DNA of 64,000 nucleotides from Octopus sinensis (lineage: Eukaryota), in NCBI RefSeq assembly GCF_006345805.1, contig NC_043000.1, forward strand, positions 22,134,001 through 22,198,000, read 5' to 3'. A model generated the notes under the pieces. That model did not search any database and was not told the DNA's origin. It worked only from the letters and a program-made list of their open reading frames with translations. Shown here piece by piece: positions 9,429 through 22,670 of this stretch; position 1 is the stretch's first letter, and the number at the start of each line of letters is the position of its first letter. The position numbers were made by a program, and so were the translations under genes.

Positions 9429-11317
9429 TTCATGATACTGTTGTGATAATAAATGGATCTTTATTTTCTATATCTAAGTATTTTATTTAAAGAAAACATT
9501 ATGCCTTTTCAAGTCTATTTGTACAATCTTGAATTCCTATTCAGATTATCTAATTAGGTGGCTGGGTAATGGATTTGATTGAAGTTGTTATTCTTTGTGC
9601 TGTAAGAACATTATTGCCATAATTATTGATTAATGTTCTTATTACTCTGTTCATTTCTGGCACTTTACCAGTATATTTGGTTTGTTTATCAGAATGCCAA
9701 TAATGTATCTGCTTCCATCTCAAGTTTTCTTAGTCCCCATTGTGATTTTTTTGTCTGTAATGAAAAAAGAATTCCACATGGGTAAAATTGACCTCTATGG
9801 ATTTTCAGCTTGGAACTAAAAGGAGCCAGAATAACTACCACAAGGTATTTAGTCTGACACTAAATTTTTCACCAATGTGACTATAAAGTAATAAGTAATA
9901 GTAATAAGTGTCTCCTTAATTTTATTGTAATCCATATTATAGTGGAAACAAAAAAACCTTAAAATAATACTGGTTTAAGATGATAAAAGGTTTTAGATAT
10001 CGAGTAGTCAATATTACTAAACAAACCTGAAAAATCAATGCTACCTCAAAGCATTTTGATTCAATACAGAAAGTTTGATCTTCATTTGCACTAACTAAAT
10101 TAGCCTGGAGCTTAACCAATTAGCTAATGAGAAAATATGCACATGGTCACTCAACCTACTTAGAAATGACATCGAAATGTTCTACAAATAACATCCTAAG
10201 GAAAAGGACACAGTGAGTAGAACAGTCCAAAGCATGACAGCATAAAAGATTTTAGAAAGTCTTAGATCTTAGGCTGGGCCTTCCAGAGAAATTTCAAAGT
10301 AGAACAAGACTGCTTTCATTTCCCTCGGGGCAGGAGTATCCATCCAAAATTGAAAGATGTTTGAGTTTGTGTGCGTGTACTGTTAGGTATTTATGGATCC
10401 TGGACCGATCAACCGGCTGAAACCACCTCCTATAGACCTGCGCGATCAGATTTGACCCAGAACAAAACAGTAGCAACTTAGGAATTAAAACAAATGCATA
10501 ACTTATAATGGTTATAGTAAATTGAGTATACTCGTGGTCTAAGTGCTTCAGTATGCGTAAAGCGATGGCTGACGAAGTAGCTACCTTCAAAACAAATTTA
10601 AAAGAAGAAAAAATCTCTAATTACAGATGTTGCAGTGTCTTGGCCATAAAAATTGAGGTATAAATCATGCTTAAGATATTTATTGTGTGGGATACTTCAA
10701 TGTTAAGCTGGCTCCATTATCAGATGACAGGTGCAAGCTTAAATTTGTTGAAGAAAGTTGAATAATAAAATCAAAAGCTCTAAATATTCGCTATATTTTG
10801 TCATTAAGAACATCGATCTGTAAATACGGTGAGGAAGAGAATTTTATAGGGAACGGAAACAAACAGTGCCAATAATAGTTATGCTCCTATCAGCAACCAG
10901 GGATCGATTTTCGGTTATAGCAATTTCACGTCATCAATGCCCTTGAAAACGACAAGAGCTTGACCCAGTTTCATTTTCTACTCCCATATAAATTTAAAAC
11001 TGTTTTTACGAAAAGACCTAATGGACAAAACAAGGACATGAAGAAAGCCCCGTTTTCATCTATGTATAATATATATGTATTTTAGTCTCTCTTTAATCCA
11101 ACGACTTTTCAATAACATTATACTGCATAACAAAAATAAAAAGACCAGTAATTTTCTTAAATATTTATGCGATGCATGAAATAAATAAAATCAAAAACGT
11201 TGTCTAATCAGTTATATAGAAGTGGTCTTTAAAAAATATTGAGAAAAATTATATATATTAGGCTGAATGCTAACACTGCTACTAGCTGGATTAATTAGTT
11301 TCCTCTTTCTTTAATAG

Positions 11318-11400
11318 TGACGACGTTGATTATTTTTGTAAGAATGACACTGATTGGACGATTAACTCGGCCAATCGCGACTGCCGAGTCTTCCCGGCAT
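11318..11400 (+). promoter_or_regulatory. Candidate CpG-rich promoter with two opposed CCAAT boxes
   Basis: ATTGG at 11353-11357 and CCAAT at 11371-11375. About 13 CpG in 11318-11505 (counted by eye) within otherwise CpG-poor DNA, followed by a consensus splice donor. The region is free of the SINE/LINE copies seen elsewhere. Confidence 0.6.
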
Positions 11401-11493
11401 ATGGCTACGTTGAGTTCACTTTTATTGAAGTGTAGTAGAAAGGTTTATTTCAATCTTTTGCGGGGAAAAGCCGAAGACTTTCGGTCATTAAAT
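11390..11493 (+). other. Probable non-coding first exon of the plus-strand gene (start approximate)
   Basis: Ends at AAT|GTAAGT (donor at 11494). The next coding exon starts with ATG directly after its acceptor, which implies a non-coding upstream exon. Confidence 0.5.
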
Positions 11494-14400
11494 GTAAGTA
11501 GACGGCTTATTACATCAGTCACACTTGTACGCAGAATTTTGTGTTAGCGTTAGAAATAAAACAAATAGGCTAAGTGAGTTTGTTTAGCAACAATAAAGCG
11601 CCGAACACACACATCTTAGTCCCAATTATGTTTTAAGAAAACTGCTTTCTCTCAATTATCTCCTCTCACTATTACTCCCCCAGTATTTGTTCCATCCCAC
11701 TCATTCTCTTTCTTATCAGTTTGATTGCTGAACGAGGGAATTCAATTCTTTAGCATTTATAATAGCAGATGCATTTCTTCTTTGGAAAAGCTGCGTAATT
11801 ATTTTCTCGACCATTTATTTATTTATTTCTCAAGATTTTCCTGTTACTCTGCTTCCGTCCTAGGCGCGCTTTTCCCCCTCGATTCAATCTTCCTAAACTT
11901 GTTCAGCCATATTGGTGATCCCACGTCTTCCTTTACAGCTGTGTTGTTTCTTTTATTTTTTCCTAGTTTTTACTTCTCTGTTAAACTATTGTTTCAATTA
12001 GATTAAAACAATTTATTCCTGTCTCTTGCTCTAGTTATAATAAAGAAACTTACGACATACGTGTATTTTTTCCCTCGTTTTTACTTCTCCTTAGCACTGA
12101 CTGTTTCCATTTTTTTCTTAATGTAAGTAAATGAAATTTTCTTCCAAGAAACACATTCGCCTTATAAACTAGTAACTCAAATTACTCCTAAGTCCACGTG
12201 ATAAATTCGATGTAAATTTAATTCCATTAAAATTAAGATATAATTGTGGAAGAAGTTAAATATACTGTAGCTATTTATTCGGTGTCAAAAAGATTGAATT
12301 CGTGTCGCTCTTTTTTTCTCTTCGCATCTCGTGTTTTAATTCAGTCTTTACTTTAAAATGAAAATAAACAAAAATATTAAGCTTTTTGTTAAGTGTATGA
12401 TTTTTGAAGTATATATTATAAATACCCTCCTAATTTTTATTCATAAAATTTGTATACAAACCTATTTAAATCGACTAAGATAAGGTGAAATGCAGTGTGT
12501 TACATTAAGTATTATTTTATTAAATTTATTTACGATCTATTTCTGTTATTTTTGGTCAGAAATCTATTTAATACCATTATAGACAGATATGTAAAAGGTC
12601 TCTATTTAACTATTACTTCCAATTCGGTAAGCTCAAAAACCGATATATCTATCACATTACATCTTCGATCATATTTGATTAATTTAACCTTTTTAAAATG
12701 GCCTCCAACATACTTAATAATTCTTTTTCATATCTTATTTAGTTCAATAGTTTATGAAATTTCTCACTATAGCTTGATTTATGCTGTAAATTATTATTTT
12801 ATTTTCCCAATCATTGAAGCATTTTCCCCCGTACACGCCATTAAGTATTTTTGATCTGATGTTAGTGCGTGAAATTTTTTTTTTCTCCTGTTTAAAGGTC
12901 GAATAACACAGCTTTTATTTTCTACTTAAAATCAAAGAATATCTGACAAAATCGCTTTTAAAATAATTTCTTACACCTTCATTTCTGTTATAATTGGATT
13001 ATAAGTAATGCTAATTATATATCATTTAAACGTCTTGGTCAAGTAATAGGTACACGACGAATGTTATTGCTTTCATAACGGGTTTTCTCTATTATATTTT
13101 TGATGAGCGGACGGACATTAGATTTAATCAGGTTTTTGTATTATATTTAACAACACATTTAAATATGATTCTTCGTAAATTCACAGCCCACTTGGAACTT
13201 AGTCTAAACTCACTTAAAACTGCTTTGCAGGTGGTTTGAAGATTTTATGCTTTACTGATATATTTAAGGAATTATAAATCGATTAAAATATTGTCTTCAC
13301 TTCTGAACGTAAAGGCTTTTTTTTTTTAAAAACTAGTAACGAAAATTAATATTTAAATATTATTTGATTGTGAATATTTCAATTACCCTCAGTATGATCT
13401 AACTATATGCCACTCTCTAAAAAATGCATTTTATCCCCTGAATCGAACAAATCAAGACATTATTTCTTTAATTTTAGAAATAAATCCTTTTGAAGATTTC
13501 AAAAATTATTTTTATTACGTATATAAACTTGTATTATAGAAAGTAACGTAAACTATTGTATATATATATTTTTCGGTTTGTATACATTCACAAACGGGAA
13601 AATATCTTTGGCCTAGTTATTCACAAATGAAGACATTTTATTGCCAATCACTTCACAAAGCTTTGCCGTTGAAGTATGCAAATAACTAGCTTAGCACTTG
13701 AACATAATCAATATTTTAAATCTGAAATAAAGTTCAATTTTAATATTTAAACTTAGATGGCTTTGAAATATTTTTTTTTCTATCAAATTTGTCTTTTAGA
13801 GTGCTCTGATCTTCCTGCGCTTCCTGTTCAAACACTTAAGGCATCTTTACATGAGAACGTAACTTACTATGTCAATGCTTCACAAGGAAGAACCTTTAAC
13901 GGTATCTAAAAAATATTACATTCTTATTTCGCGAGGCTTTAATCTAATTAGCCTAATAAAAGTAATATTTTAGTCTAGAAAAAGCTTCATTTTTATCGGT
14001 GAATGGAAAACCTCTTTTTACAGGGCTTTTGTTTGTCCCACGTGATTTTTCAACATACAAGGACCACAATTCAATCATCTTGAAATCGTCCTTCATTGCT
14101 TTCCAGTACTCCATCAGGGTGGATAAATCTGTAACAAAGCATCTTCCCAAGTAGTTCAAGTCTGTGCTCAGTGTGTGAGATCCACACGCTGAGCACTGAT
14201 TTAATAATTTTTCCCTTTTGTTTACAAAAATACCACCAAAAGTATATGTGAGGTCATCTTTATAACTCACAGATATTATATAACTCTAATTTAAAGCACC
14301 TTTAAAACACCACCAAATTTAAAGCACCTAAAAACACCACCAAAAGTATATGTGAGGTCTTCATTATAACTCACAGATACTACATAACTTTAATTTAAAG

Positions 14401-14734
14401 CACCTTTACACTTCATGCAGTCATCCATTCATATTTTTTGTCTGTATTAACTCCTTTCCTGCATAATTTGCAAAGGTCTTTGCTGACCAGTTCCATGATC
14501 ACCTCGCACAAAACCTTTCTAGCAAGTTTAATATTTCAAATCCACATAAGTCCAATCTTAGTAGATGCCATTTCACTACCCATGATTCATTGATACATCA
14601 TCATCATCATCACCCTTTTTACATCTGCTTTCTGCACTGGCATTGGATGGCCAGTTTGTTACAATCCAGTCAATTCTTATTTGGGCTTACTAGCCTCTAA
14701 CAAGAATGTGCGGACCACAGCTTCACAAGCATGA

Positions 14735-15075
14735 CTGCATGATTAAGAAGTTTGCTTCCTAACCACATGGTTTCAGCTTCAGCCCCACCAATCTTGGGTT
14801 ATGTAAAGCCTTGTGAGTAGATTTGGAGATGGAAACTAAAAGAAGCCCAATGTGTGTGCACGCATGCATTTTGTGTCTCTTTGACATCATGTGATAGTTG
14901 TAAATGAGCATCACTGTCATACAAGCAGTGTTGTTCATTTCCGGTCTTCTATGGAAATGTATCTGGTCAAGGGTTGGCAATAGGAAGGGCATCTGGTCAT
15001 AAGTACATTTATCTCAATGAATTTCTTTTGACTTATGCACAGATGGAAGAGTGAATGTTAAAAAGATGATCATGA
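14735..15075 (+). mobile_element. tRNA-headed SINE with RTE-type tail (family B), decayed
   Basis: AAGAAGTTTGCTTCCTAACCACATGG head, GCCTTGTGAGTAGATTTGG core, GGCAATAGGAAGGGCATC tail, GATGAT end. Confidence 0.7.
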
Positions 15076-16309
15076 TAAGAGTTTATAGAAGAGTTAGATA
15101 AGTTATTTGTAATGAAATTATTAAACTCTTCTCTGAACTTACCTATGGACTAATTGTTACCTAAAGAGACTACCTCCAGTTTCCTCAAATTCTCATTTTT
15201 ACCTTATGCTCTGTATAGCCTACATGTAGACTATCAATGGAACTAAGCATTCAAACATTGTCACCATCTTTCGAAATCCTGCTGCATCTCACATGGGATT
15301 TTTGGTCCTCTAAAGTCATCTTGGTGTATAAATCAACCTACCATTTTTGTCTAAATTTTTATCTGAAAAATTTTGCTTGTGTGCCAGAAAATATGGTATT
15401 TTGTTTTAGTCAACAATAATACTTAAACGTTTTCTATCCTCTTCTTTGATTCCATCACTATACATCAATAATTTATTGCTGAGTATCATAGCTTTTGTTC
15501 TGTGAATACTCAAGCTATTGAGTTGAATGCATTATATTTATTCTGAGGAGTAGTCACAAACGTTGTTGGTATTCCTAGATGGGAAATATCAATGTAGAAT
15601 TATTCAGTTTGAACTTTAACTGGTTGATCCCTGGTGGGAGTTTTCTTAAAGAAGGATTGTGATGACTTTTGGGGTGCAGTGACATACTGTAAAGAGGAAA
15701 GATAGGTGCATTAGTAAATTCAAAGGAACAGGAACTGTAGTAGAGTTGGTAGAAGTGACGGGGTATGGTAAATTTTTTAAGTTGCATTGTGACAGATATA
15801 AGAGCGTTATTTTGGGTTGTAGAATATCAGAAAATATTTCTGATCCTGAGAAAATGTGTAATGTTTGATTGTCATGAAAGATTATCAGCCAGTTTAATTT
15901 TGTGAGTAATGAAGATGTTGAAGCTGTTGAATTAGACTAGATGGTCATGGATTCATTGGATATTTGCATCAGAGTTTGTACATTTTTGGTGAGATGTGTC
16001 ATTGATGCCAGTGTAGAATATTGTTCAAAGTAAATAGTCAAATTATCTGCACAGGAGTGTGTGATTAAAATCATAGCACTGCCAACCAACACTAAGCTTT
16101 CAGGAAATTGTGAGACTGTTGCACCTAACTGAATCTTTTCAGACATGCATGCCTTTACCCTAAGGTATGATATAACACTGGTTTGGTTGCCTGATTGCAA
16201 GCTGATCGGCTGGACATCAGTCCCTGATTTATGGAAAATGATTGCTAATTGAATCAAGATTTATTGTCTTGTAAATTTCAAACTATCTTATTCTTTTGTG
16301 TGTTTCAGC

Positions 16310-16720
16310 CTAAAGGCTGTGACCATTAAATAGCCGTGAACTCTTGAATTCCAAGCTATTGCAGTACATTGTCCTCACTCTCGACAGGGTGGCTGAGACC
16401 TTCGAAACAGTGTAATGTCCATTTTGAAGGTTGGTATAGCTCTCGATGCCAAAGTTTAATGTCAACCCTTCAAGGATCTTCCTTACATATATCACTGTGT
16501 GTCTCTCCTATCTTTTCTCCAATGAGTTGAGCCATAACTCTTTCAGTCTCTCTCAGTTGCTTAGCTGTTCTATTGATGCAATCATCCTGCCTCACATCCT
16601 GTTATTAATTTGACCACAGTTGAGAGCAGTAGTCAAGATGGTTGAAGACAAATGCCCTCCATAGAACCAGCATAGTTTCCTGGTCCCTTGTTCTGAAAGT
16701 TCTCAATCCATCTGGCCATT
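16310..16720 (-). mobile_element. Decayed CR1/L2-group LINE C-terminal fragment
   Basis: Minus translation RTFRTRDQETMLVLWRAFVFNHLDYCSQLWS...ERLKELWLNSLEKR*ERH..IYVRKILEGL..NFGIESYTN...YCNSLEFKSSRLFN fits the post-RT region of this group. Confidence 0.65.
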
Positions 16721-17759
16721 TGCCTGCATATTATCACCATCATGTAAAACGAGGTGTTGCTCATATCACTCCTCAGATAACAAACCATGCTTGACTCTTG
16801 CTGTTCCTTTGGATCTGAAGTGTCTTTGTGGAAGTTAGCACAAGCTTGCTTATAGTGGAGGGCTTAGAATTGCATGTTCTTTTATTCAGCTCATTTATAT
16901 ATGGCATATAGCATCTAGGTCTTTCTGCAGCAGATTGTCAAGCACAACTTCATAATACTAATTTCATTGTTTTAACAATTTATGCACATGTGCATTAAAT
17001 TTACATTGGTAAGTTTTTCATGATAATTGTATGTGGTAATTTAATCTAATCAGTGTCTTGGTTTTAAGAGAGAAAAAAAAGCTAAATTTTAAATAATTGT
17101 TTAATTTAGGTTTTTAAAATATATGTAAATTGTTATAGAGTACATTTAAAAGCCACAAAAGGAAAATGCACTTTTAAGATCGTTTTTAATTCAATGAGCA
17201 TAAAAGGATAAAGTAGTAATAGCAGTTCAATTCTTATTTAAATATTGTAGACTGAGAAATATCTTGAATTTGCAGGTAAATTGTTAGACCCTATGTTGAA
17301 TTTGATTGAGCATCCCAGCCATAACCATTCATCTTAGATGTAAGATTAATGTAACCTTTCTTTATGCCTAAGCTGGTAGGTTGTGATTTAAGGGATTTTG
17401 ATTATTATATATAGCAGATTAAAGCTTTCTTTGTACTTAGTGACATAGTGAGGGTGAAACTAAGTGACTAAGGTACATAGAAGATGGATGAGATTTATAG
17501 AACTGTTACCTTTGTTGGGAGTATCGAAACCTGTTCTTTAGGTATAAGGTGTAAAGTTCTGTAAATGTCTTGATTAAGTTTAGAGATATGTCACTAAACT
17601 TAAGTATTCCAGGGGACATGTTCTTATCCTAGATGTGTGTGTTACAGGTACAATCTTTCTTTAATTGCATAGTGTTGATTTTCTATCTGTTCTAAACCAT
17701 GATGCTGTATGGGTTACAACAAATTCAACATGGGTTAAGCTGCCTCATAGTTTTACTCC

Positions 17760-18520
17760 AAAGCACAACTAGAAGATTGGTTCCATACCACTGTAGAGGT
17801 GCATCAGTACTGCCTCTTCTCCCCACTCTTCATCTTTCAGAATCAGATCATGAGCAATGCCTTTGAAGACATTTGAGGGAGGAATATCACAAATTTAAGA
17901 TTTACTGATGATATTTAATGGATGTTAAATGATGATGATTGATGAACTGGTTTGACAAAATCTCTGTTAACTATATGAGGGAAATCTGTGCTATAAGGCA
18001 GTGCCCCAGCATGACTGCAGTCTAATGACTGAAAATGTAAAAAAATGAAAGATCACAAAATCACACTTATAACAAGTACTAATGATACCTTTTCATTTGA
18101 AGTTTCTGAGCAAAGAAGCTATTGATTTCTGTCCTTGTTTGGGACAGTTCAAATACCGCAAAACACTTTACTAACGATAAAAGATCAAAACCTAAAATCC
18201 TTACGAGAATTGTACAGACAATGACTGCATTAACCAAACTTGAGTGGACTTGTAGAGATAGGGATGTCACGATGAAAAGCAGTTGTGCTTCCTGCATGCA
18301 CTAGTGTTTTCCATTACTCTCTATGCATACAAAACCTGGACATTTGCAGAGTAACAAACTCTGGGTCCATAACCAACCATCATCATACTAGACCAAAGAA
18401 AGACAAAATAGCTTGGCTATGCAAAGATCATTCTTGAAGGAACTATGGAGAAAAAAGAGATGGACAGGCAAATCAGCAAAGACCGGATTTCTGGCAGATG
18501 ACGATGATTGCGAAAACTGG
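17760..18520 (+). mobile_element. Decayed RTE (BovB-like) LINE RT fragment, interrupted by a SINE tail at ~17995-18050
   Basis: LEDWFHTTVEVHQYCLFSPLF...GRNITNLRFTDDI (RT motifs), SKPKILTRIVQTMTALTKL, and AKIILEGTMEKKR. Confidence 0.75.
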
Positions 18521-19162
18521 TGTACTGTATGTTTTGATGGCTCCTTCAGAAGTTGAGAGGGCCATGCAAGCAATATCAAATGAATATTCCAAAGATTTAG
18601 CTGTAAATGTGTAATTTCTTTTAAAAATTACTTTCCATCATAATTTGTTGCATGGGATTTTGCAAAATTACATAATTGTAAATAATTGGTTGGCCTTGTT
18701 ATAGCTAATCATTTCAACTATGAAGTAGGAGAAAAGGCTACTGAAGCAGCCAGATATAGATATTTTGTCCTGGAGCACCATTTGATATGGTTAATGAGGT
18801 TTGAAAACATGACCATGAGGTCAGTAGTTGTTGCAGGCATTCACACTTTTTTTTTTTATTCAAGATAAATTTTAATTGGTTATATGGATAATAATCATTT
18901 TGGATTGTTGCAGTTTAGTTATATGAAAGGAGAGAATATGCATTTGACTTGTTCTGTAATAAGTAGGAACAGAAGCAGTAGACTAGGAACAGCTTAGTAG
19001 TGCCTTCTTTTGTTTTTAATTTAAGGTGAAAGTTCCTCTCAGAGTAGGGGTTTATAAACATTGGGGTGAGGTTAATATGTTAAAGATTATGTTCCAGTTT
19101 GGAATTTTAATCTGTGAAGAGCAAAAATAGGAAACAAGTTCCAGGGGAATGTTTAATGCCAG

Positions 19163-19204
<42 letters not shown>

Positions 19205-19208
<4 letters not shown>

Positions 19209-19383
19209 ATCCAAACAAGAAACCACAAAAACAAACACAACACGAGGACGTGGAACAAATATAGTATTATTGGATACTCAGGAAAGAAGGAGGGTTTAAC
19301 GTTTCGAGCGGAGCTCTTCGTTGGAAACATAGAAGGGAAGACAGATGAAAAAAAATCGCCAACGGTACACACGAGGTCACATA
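19205..19383 (-). mobile_element. Short (TA)n-anchored repeat carrying a hammerhead-like motif
   Basis: Minus strand GTTT CCAACGA A GAGC TCC GCTC GAAAC GTT AAAC (19294-19328). The element runs directly into (TA)n at 19167-19204. Confidence 0.55.
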
Positions 19384-19405
19384 CACACACACATTCACAC
19401 ATATA

Positions 19406-19574
19406 CTGTATTTGATGACATAAGACACAGGCATATTCAGCTGCTCATATTCAGGGGTTTTTAGTTCAATTTGGGCAAAAATTACCTTATGGGAGGTCCA
19501 ACTTCATGTATAGATAGGTCCTAGGGTGATTTTTTTTTTGAACAAAAGTGCATTTTGTATGCCCTGAAATATGG
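19406..19574. mobile_element. pogo/Tigger-type MITE
   Basis: TA|CTGTATTT...AAATATGG|TA inverted ends with TA flanks. Confidence 0.45.
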
Positions 19575-20506
19575 TAACATAAAAGGTAGTTGTGATGGAG
19601 AGGGTTAAATTAAGTTATATTGTTGGTAAGTTTTAGTAGTGGAAGAAAAAAAGTGTATATTCATGTTGAATAATACATTGACTCAATATGAGCAGTATTT
19701 TAGAGTCAGCTACACAAGGATAATATATTTTCCATAGTTGCAGAGAAAATGATTCCTTTATAATTGCAAATATTGTTATATCTTGTGGTTGGTTGCCATA
19801 AAGGTCATCGATTGTAAAGGCCTGTAATTTGTTGAGATTATGAAGATTTTAGCTGTGTTGTGAGAAGAGAGAGATTATTTTGCAGTGCTGGTGTGTAAAA
19901 AAGAAAAAAGAAAGAAAGAAAAAAAAGTGTTAACATTGTAATGCAACATGTTCTCAAGGTCTCTCTTCATAGAGGATATTTATATCTGGTGACATGTATT
20001 GTAATTATGTAGAATGAGAAGGTGGTATATAGATTAGCGATTTCTGCAATGAGTAGGAATGTAAGCGATATAGTCAGTCGAAGGTGAGAGGTTTGATGTA
20101 CTTTAAGGGAGTTTCTTATCTAAATGAGTTAAACCCATGGGCTGTGTAAACTTAGTGGAAAGAAATTGAAGTTAGTGAAGAAGATATTTTCATCAACATT
20201 GAGATGTTAGAAAACTGAGACAATCTGCTAGTTGGCAGAATCAAATTCTCTTTTGGGAAGAATTGGAAATGTGCAGTGATATATCAGTATCTTTGAATAA
20301 ATACCCATTTCGCATAATGAGTGTACAGAGAAAATAATTGAGTGATCTGTTTAGGATGGCTGATCCTATTTATTTGCTTTTTTTATTATAACTAAAATAT
20401 TTCTGTATCTGATTGAAGTGTGAACGCAAGTAAGGATTAGTGAAAGTGGATTTGCTGCAAGTGTATAGGGTGGAGTTGGAGGGATGTAAAGCAAGCAGTG
20501 AATTAG

Positions 20507-20711
20507 CCCTTTTGTTCACATATTTTCTTTGAAATACACTGTATTTATTTCAAATAAATTTTAAAATATTGAAGAATTTAGAATAACTGTCATTATTAAA
20601 GCTGGTATTTGAAACATAAAGTAGCGTAAAAATTCTAAGGTTTTCATTTTAAAGTATTAATTTTGTGTCACAGAATCAAGGGTGATCTCTTGCAGGTTGG
20701 TATCAAAAGGG
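20507..20711. mobile_element. piggyBac-type MITE
   Basis: TTAG|CCCTTTTG ... CAAAAGGG|TTAA. Internal sequence is shared with 24923-25070 and 21830-21980. Confidence 0.7.
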
Positions 20712-22292
20712 TTAAGTGGTTTTGAGGTGTTTTGTCTGCAATGCCATTTATGTAGGACCTAAACTATTCAGCAGATTTGAAATTCTTTCTGATCAGAAAA
20801 CAGACAAGAATGTTCTTGGTGAATTGAAAACTTAAGTATTAAATAACATTGCATGAAGATCCTTTGAATGGTTAACTTGCAGATAAATGACATTTATGGT
20901 TTGATTTCTTCCTGACTATTTTTGCATTACATTTTGTATTTCAAAATTAAACCTTTTATTTTCCTGATATTTTTTTTTCTTATTGAAATTACTTTCACAC
21001 TTTACCGAAGCTTGTGCAACTTTATTCTGAATATTGTCATTATCTGGAGCTGTTTCTCCATGCTTTTGTGATGCACTAACCTCTTGACTCCTTAGTTTAG
21101 AAATGCAGCTAAAACATTGTGCAATTGTTTGATAAAGTTTGCTCTTGTAAATTTCAACTTCCATATATAGAATTATAGAGTGGTAACTTTGTACATAAGT
21201 ATGATTGGTTGGAAAGAGTTTTTCATAGTTGAATTCTCTTCCTAATGCCAAACTGTGTCATATGATTTTGTGGTGTTCATGTCCTAAATAAAAATAATGT
21301 GCCTCAGTACAGATTATTCTGTTCAAATATATTAACTAAATCGTCCATAACACACTTGCCATTAAATTCTAAGTAGCTTTAAGAAATAAGAAAGCTAATC
21401 CAATTGGAAATATGCAAATTAAATTTGTGAGAAGCATAGGACTGTTGTAATATCTGATACTTGTTTTGAGATTTTACTATGAGGTATTTTGTAATGGACA
21501 ATGTAATTATAAATAATTTCATTATTCGAACATTCGTGCTCTCATGAGTGGGGGGTGGGGTAATGAAACCAGTGTTAAATTACCTAGTTGACAATTTGAC
21601 AATCATTTGAAATACAAAGAATTCTATAACTATTTTTTTATAGTGTTTTAGAGACAATTAAAACCAGATTGAGATGTTGACATTGTATTTTGATATAACA
21701 ATCAATTAGTTACGCTTTAATATTTTCAATGTGGTGTTTGTAGTCACAACAAAAACTACCCTTACAAGGATAGTTTTTGTTGTGACATTTATGCTTGAAT
21801 CAGCCTTTTATGACTATATTTGTAATGAAATACACAGCCTATATATTTCAATTAATTTTAGAAATAATCAGCAATTTAGACGGATTATTTTTCATTATTA
21901 AGCAGGTATTTGGATTAAAAGTTTAACACATTATGATAGTGAAAGTTTTTCATTTGAATAAATACATTTTACAATAAGTTTTTTTGAAACATACAAACTG
22001 AGGCACTCTTAAGTGGATCATTATCAAAAAGCTTAAAATGGCTTAATGTATTTATCTTAATATTCTTTGCACTATTTTTATCATGAAATAACTTTGAAAA
22101 TTTAATCTCACAGATTAACAATGTTAGCTTCATATCTCACATTTTAAATAGCACTGTTTTGTTCTACAAATTCCTGCTAGAATCCAATATAAAAGAAAAA
22201 ATAAGGTTCTAAAAGTCAATGTTGATATCAGCTTAGGTATTTAACAAAGAGATCAATGTCAATATCTCAACTGAACATTATGTAGCTATTAC

Positions 22293-22652
22293 ATGCAGGT
22301 TTGGTGGTGTGGTAAGAAGTTTGCTTCCCAACCACATGGTTTTAGGTTCAGTCTAATTGTGTGGCATCTTGGGCAAGTGTCTTCTACTGTAGCCCCAGGC
22401 TGACTCAAGCCTTGTGAGTGGATTTGATAGACAAAAACCTGCCTTGACATTGTGAAAATTGTAAATGAGTGTCACTGTTAGTCAAGCAGTGTCCTTTGTT
22501 TCCAATCTTCTGTGATACATCTGGCCATGGGGGAATATTACTTGGAAACATGAGGATTGGCAACAGGAAGGGCATCCGGCTGTAGAAAATCCGCCTTAAC
22601 AGATTCTGTCCAACCTATGCTAGTATAGTAAAGCAGACATTAAAGTGATGAT
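22293..22652 (+). mobile_element. tRNA-headed SINE with RTE-type tail (family B)
   Basis: A-box-like TGGTGTGGTAAG, B-box-like AGGTTCAGTC, CORE-like GGCATCTTGGGCAAGTGTCTTCTACT, tail GGCAACAGGAAGGGCATCCGGCTGTAGAAAA...GATGAT. Confidence 0.8.
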
Positions 22653-22670
22653 AATAATGACAGAAATTAA

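Noticed and set aside
10400-10435. Minus-strand resemblance (CAGCCGGTTGATCGGTCCAGG) to the 3' stem of U11 snRNA
   Set aside because: No Sm site or 5' U11 sequence upstream, and the match is too short.
19580-20460. Further Penelope-like fragments (also 51700-52260, minus strand)
   Set aside because: Only faint, stop-riddled similarity; not supportable without a profile search.
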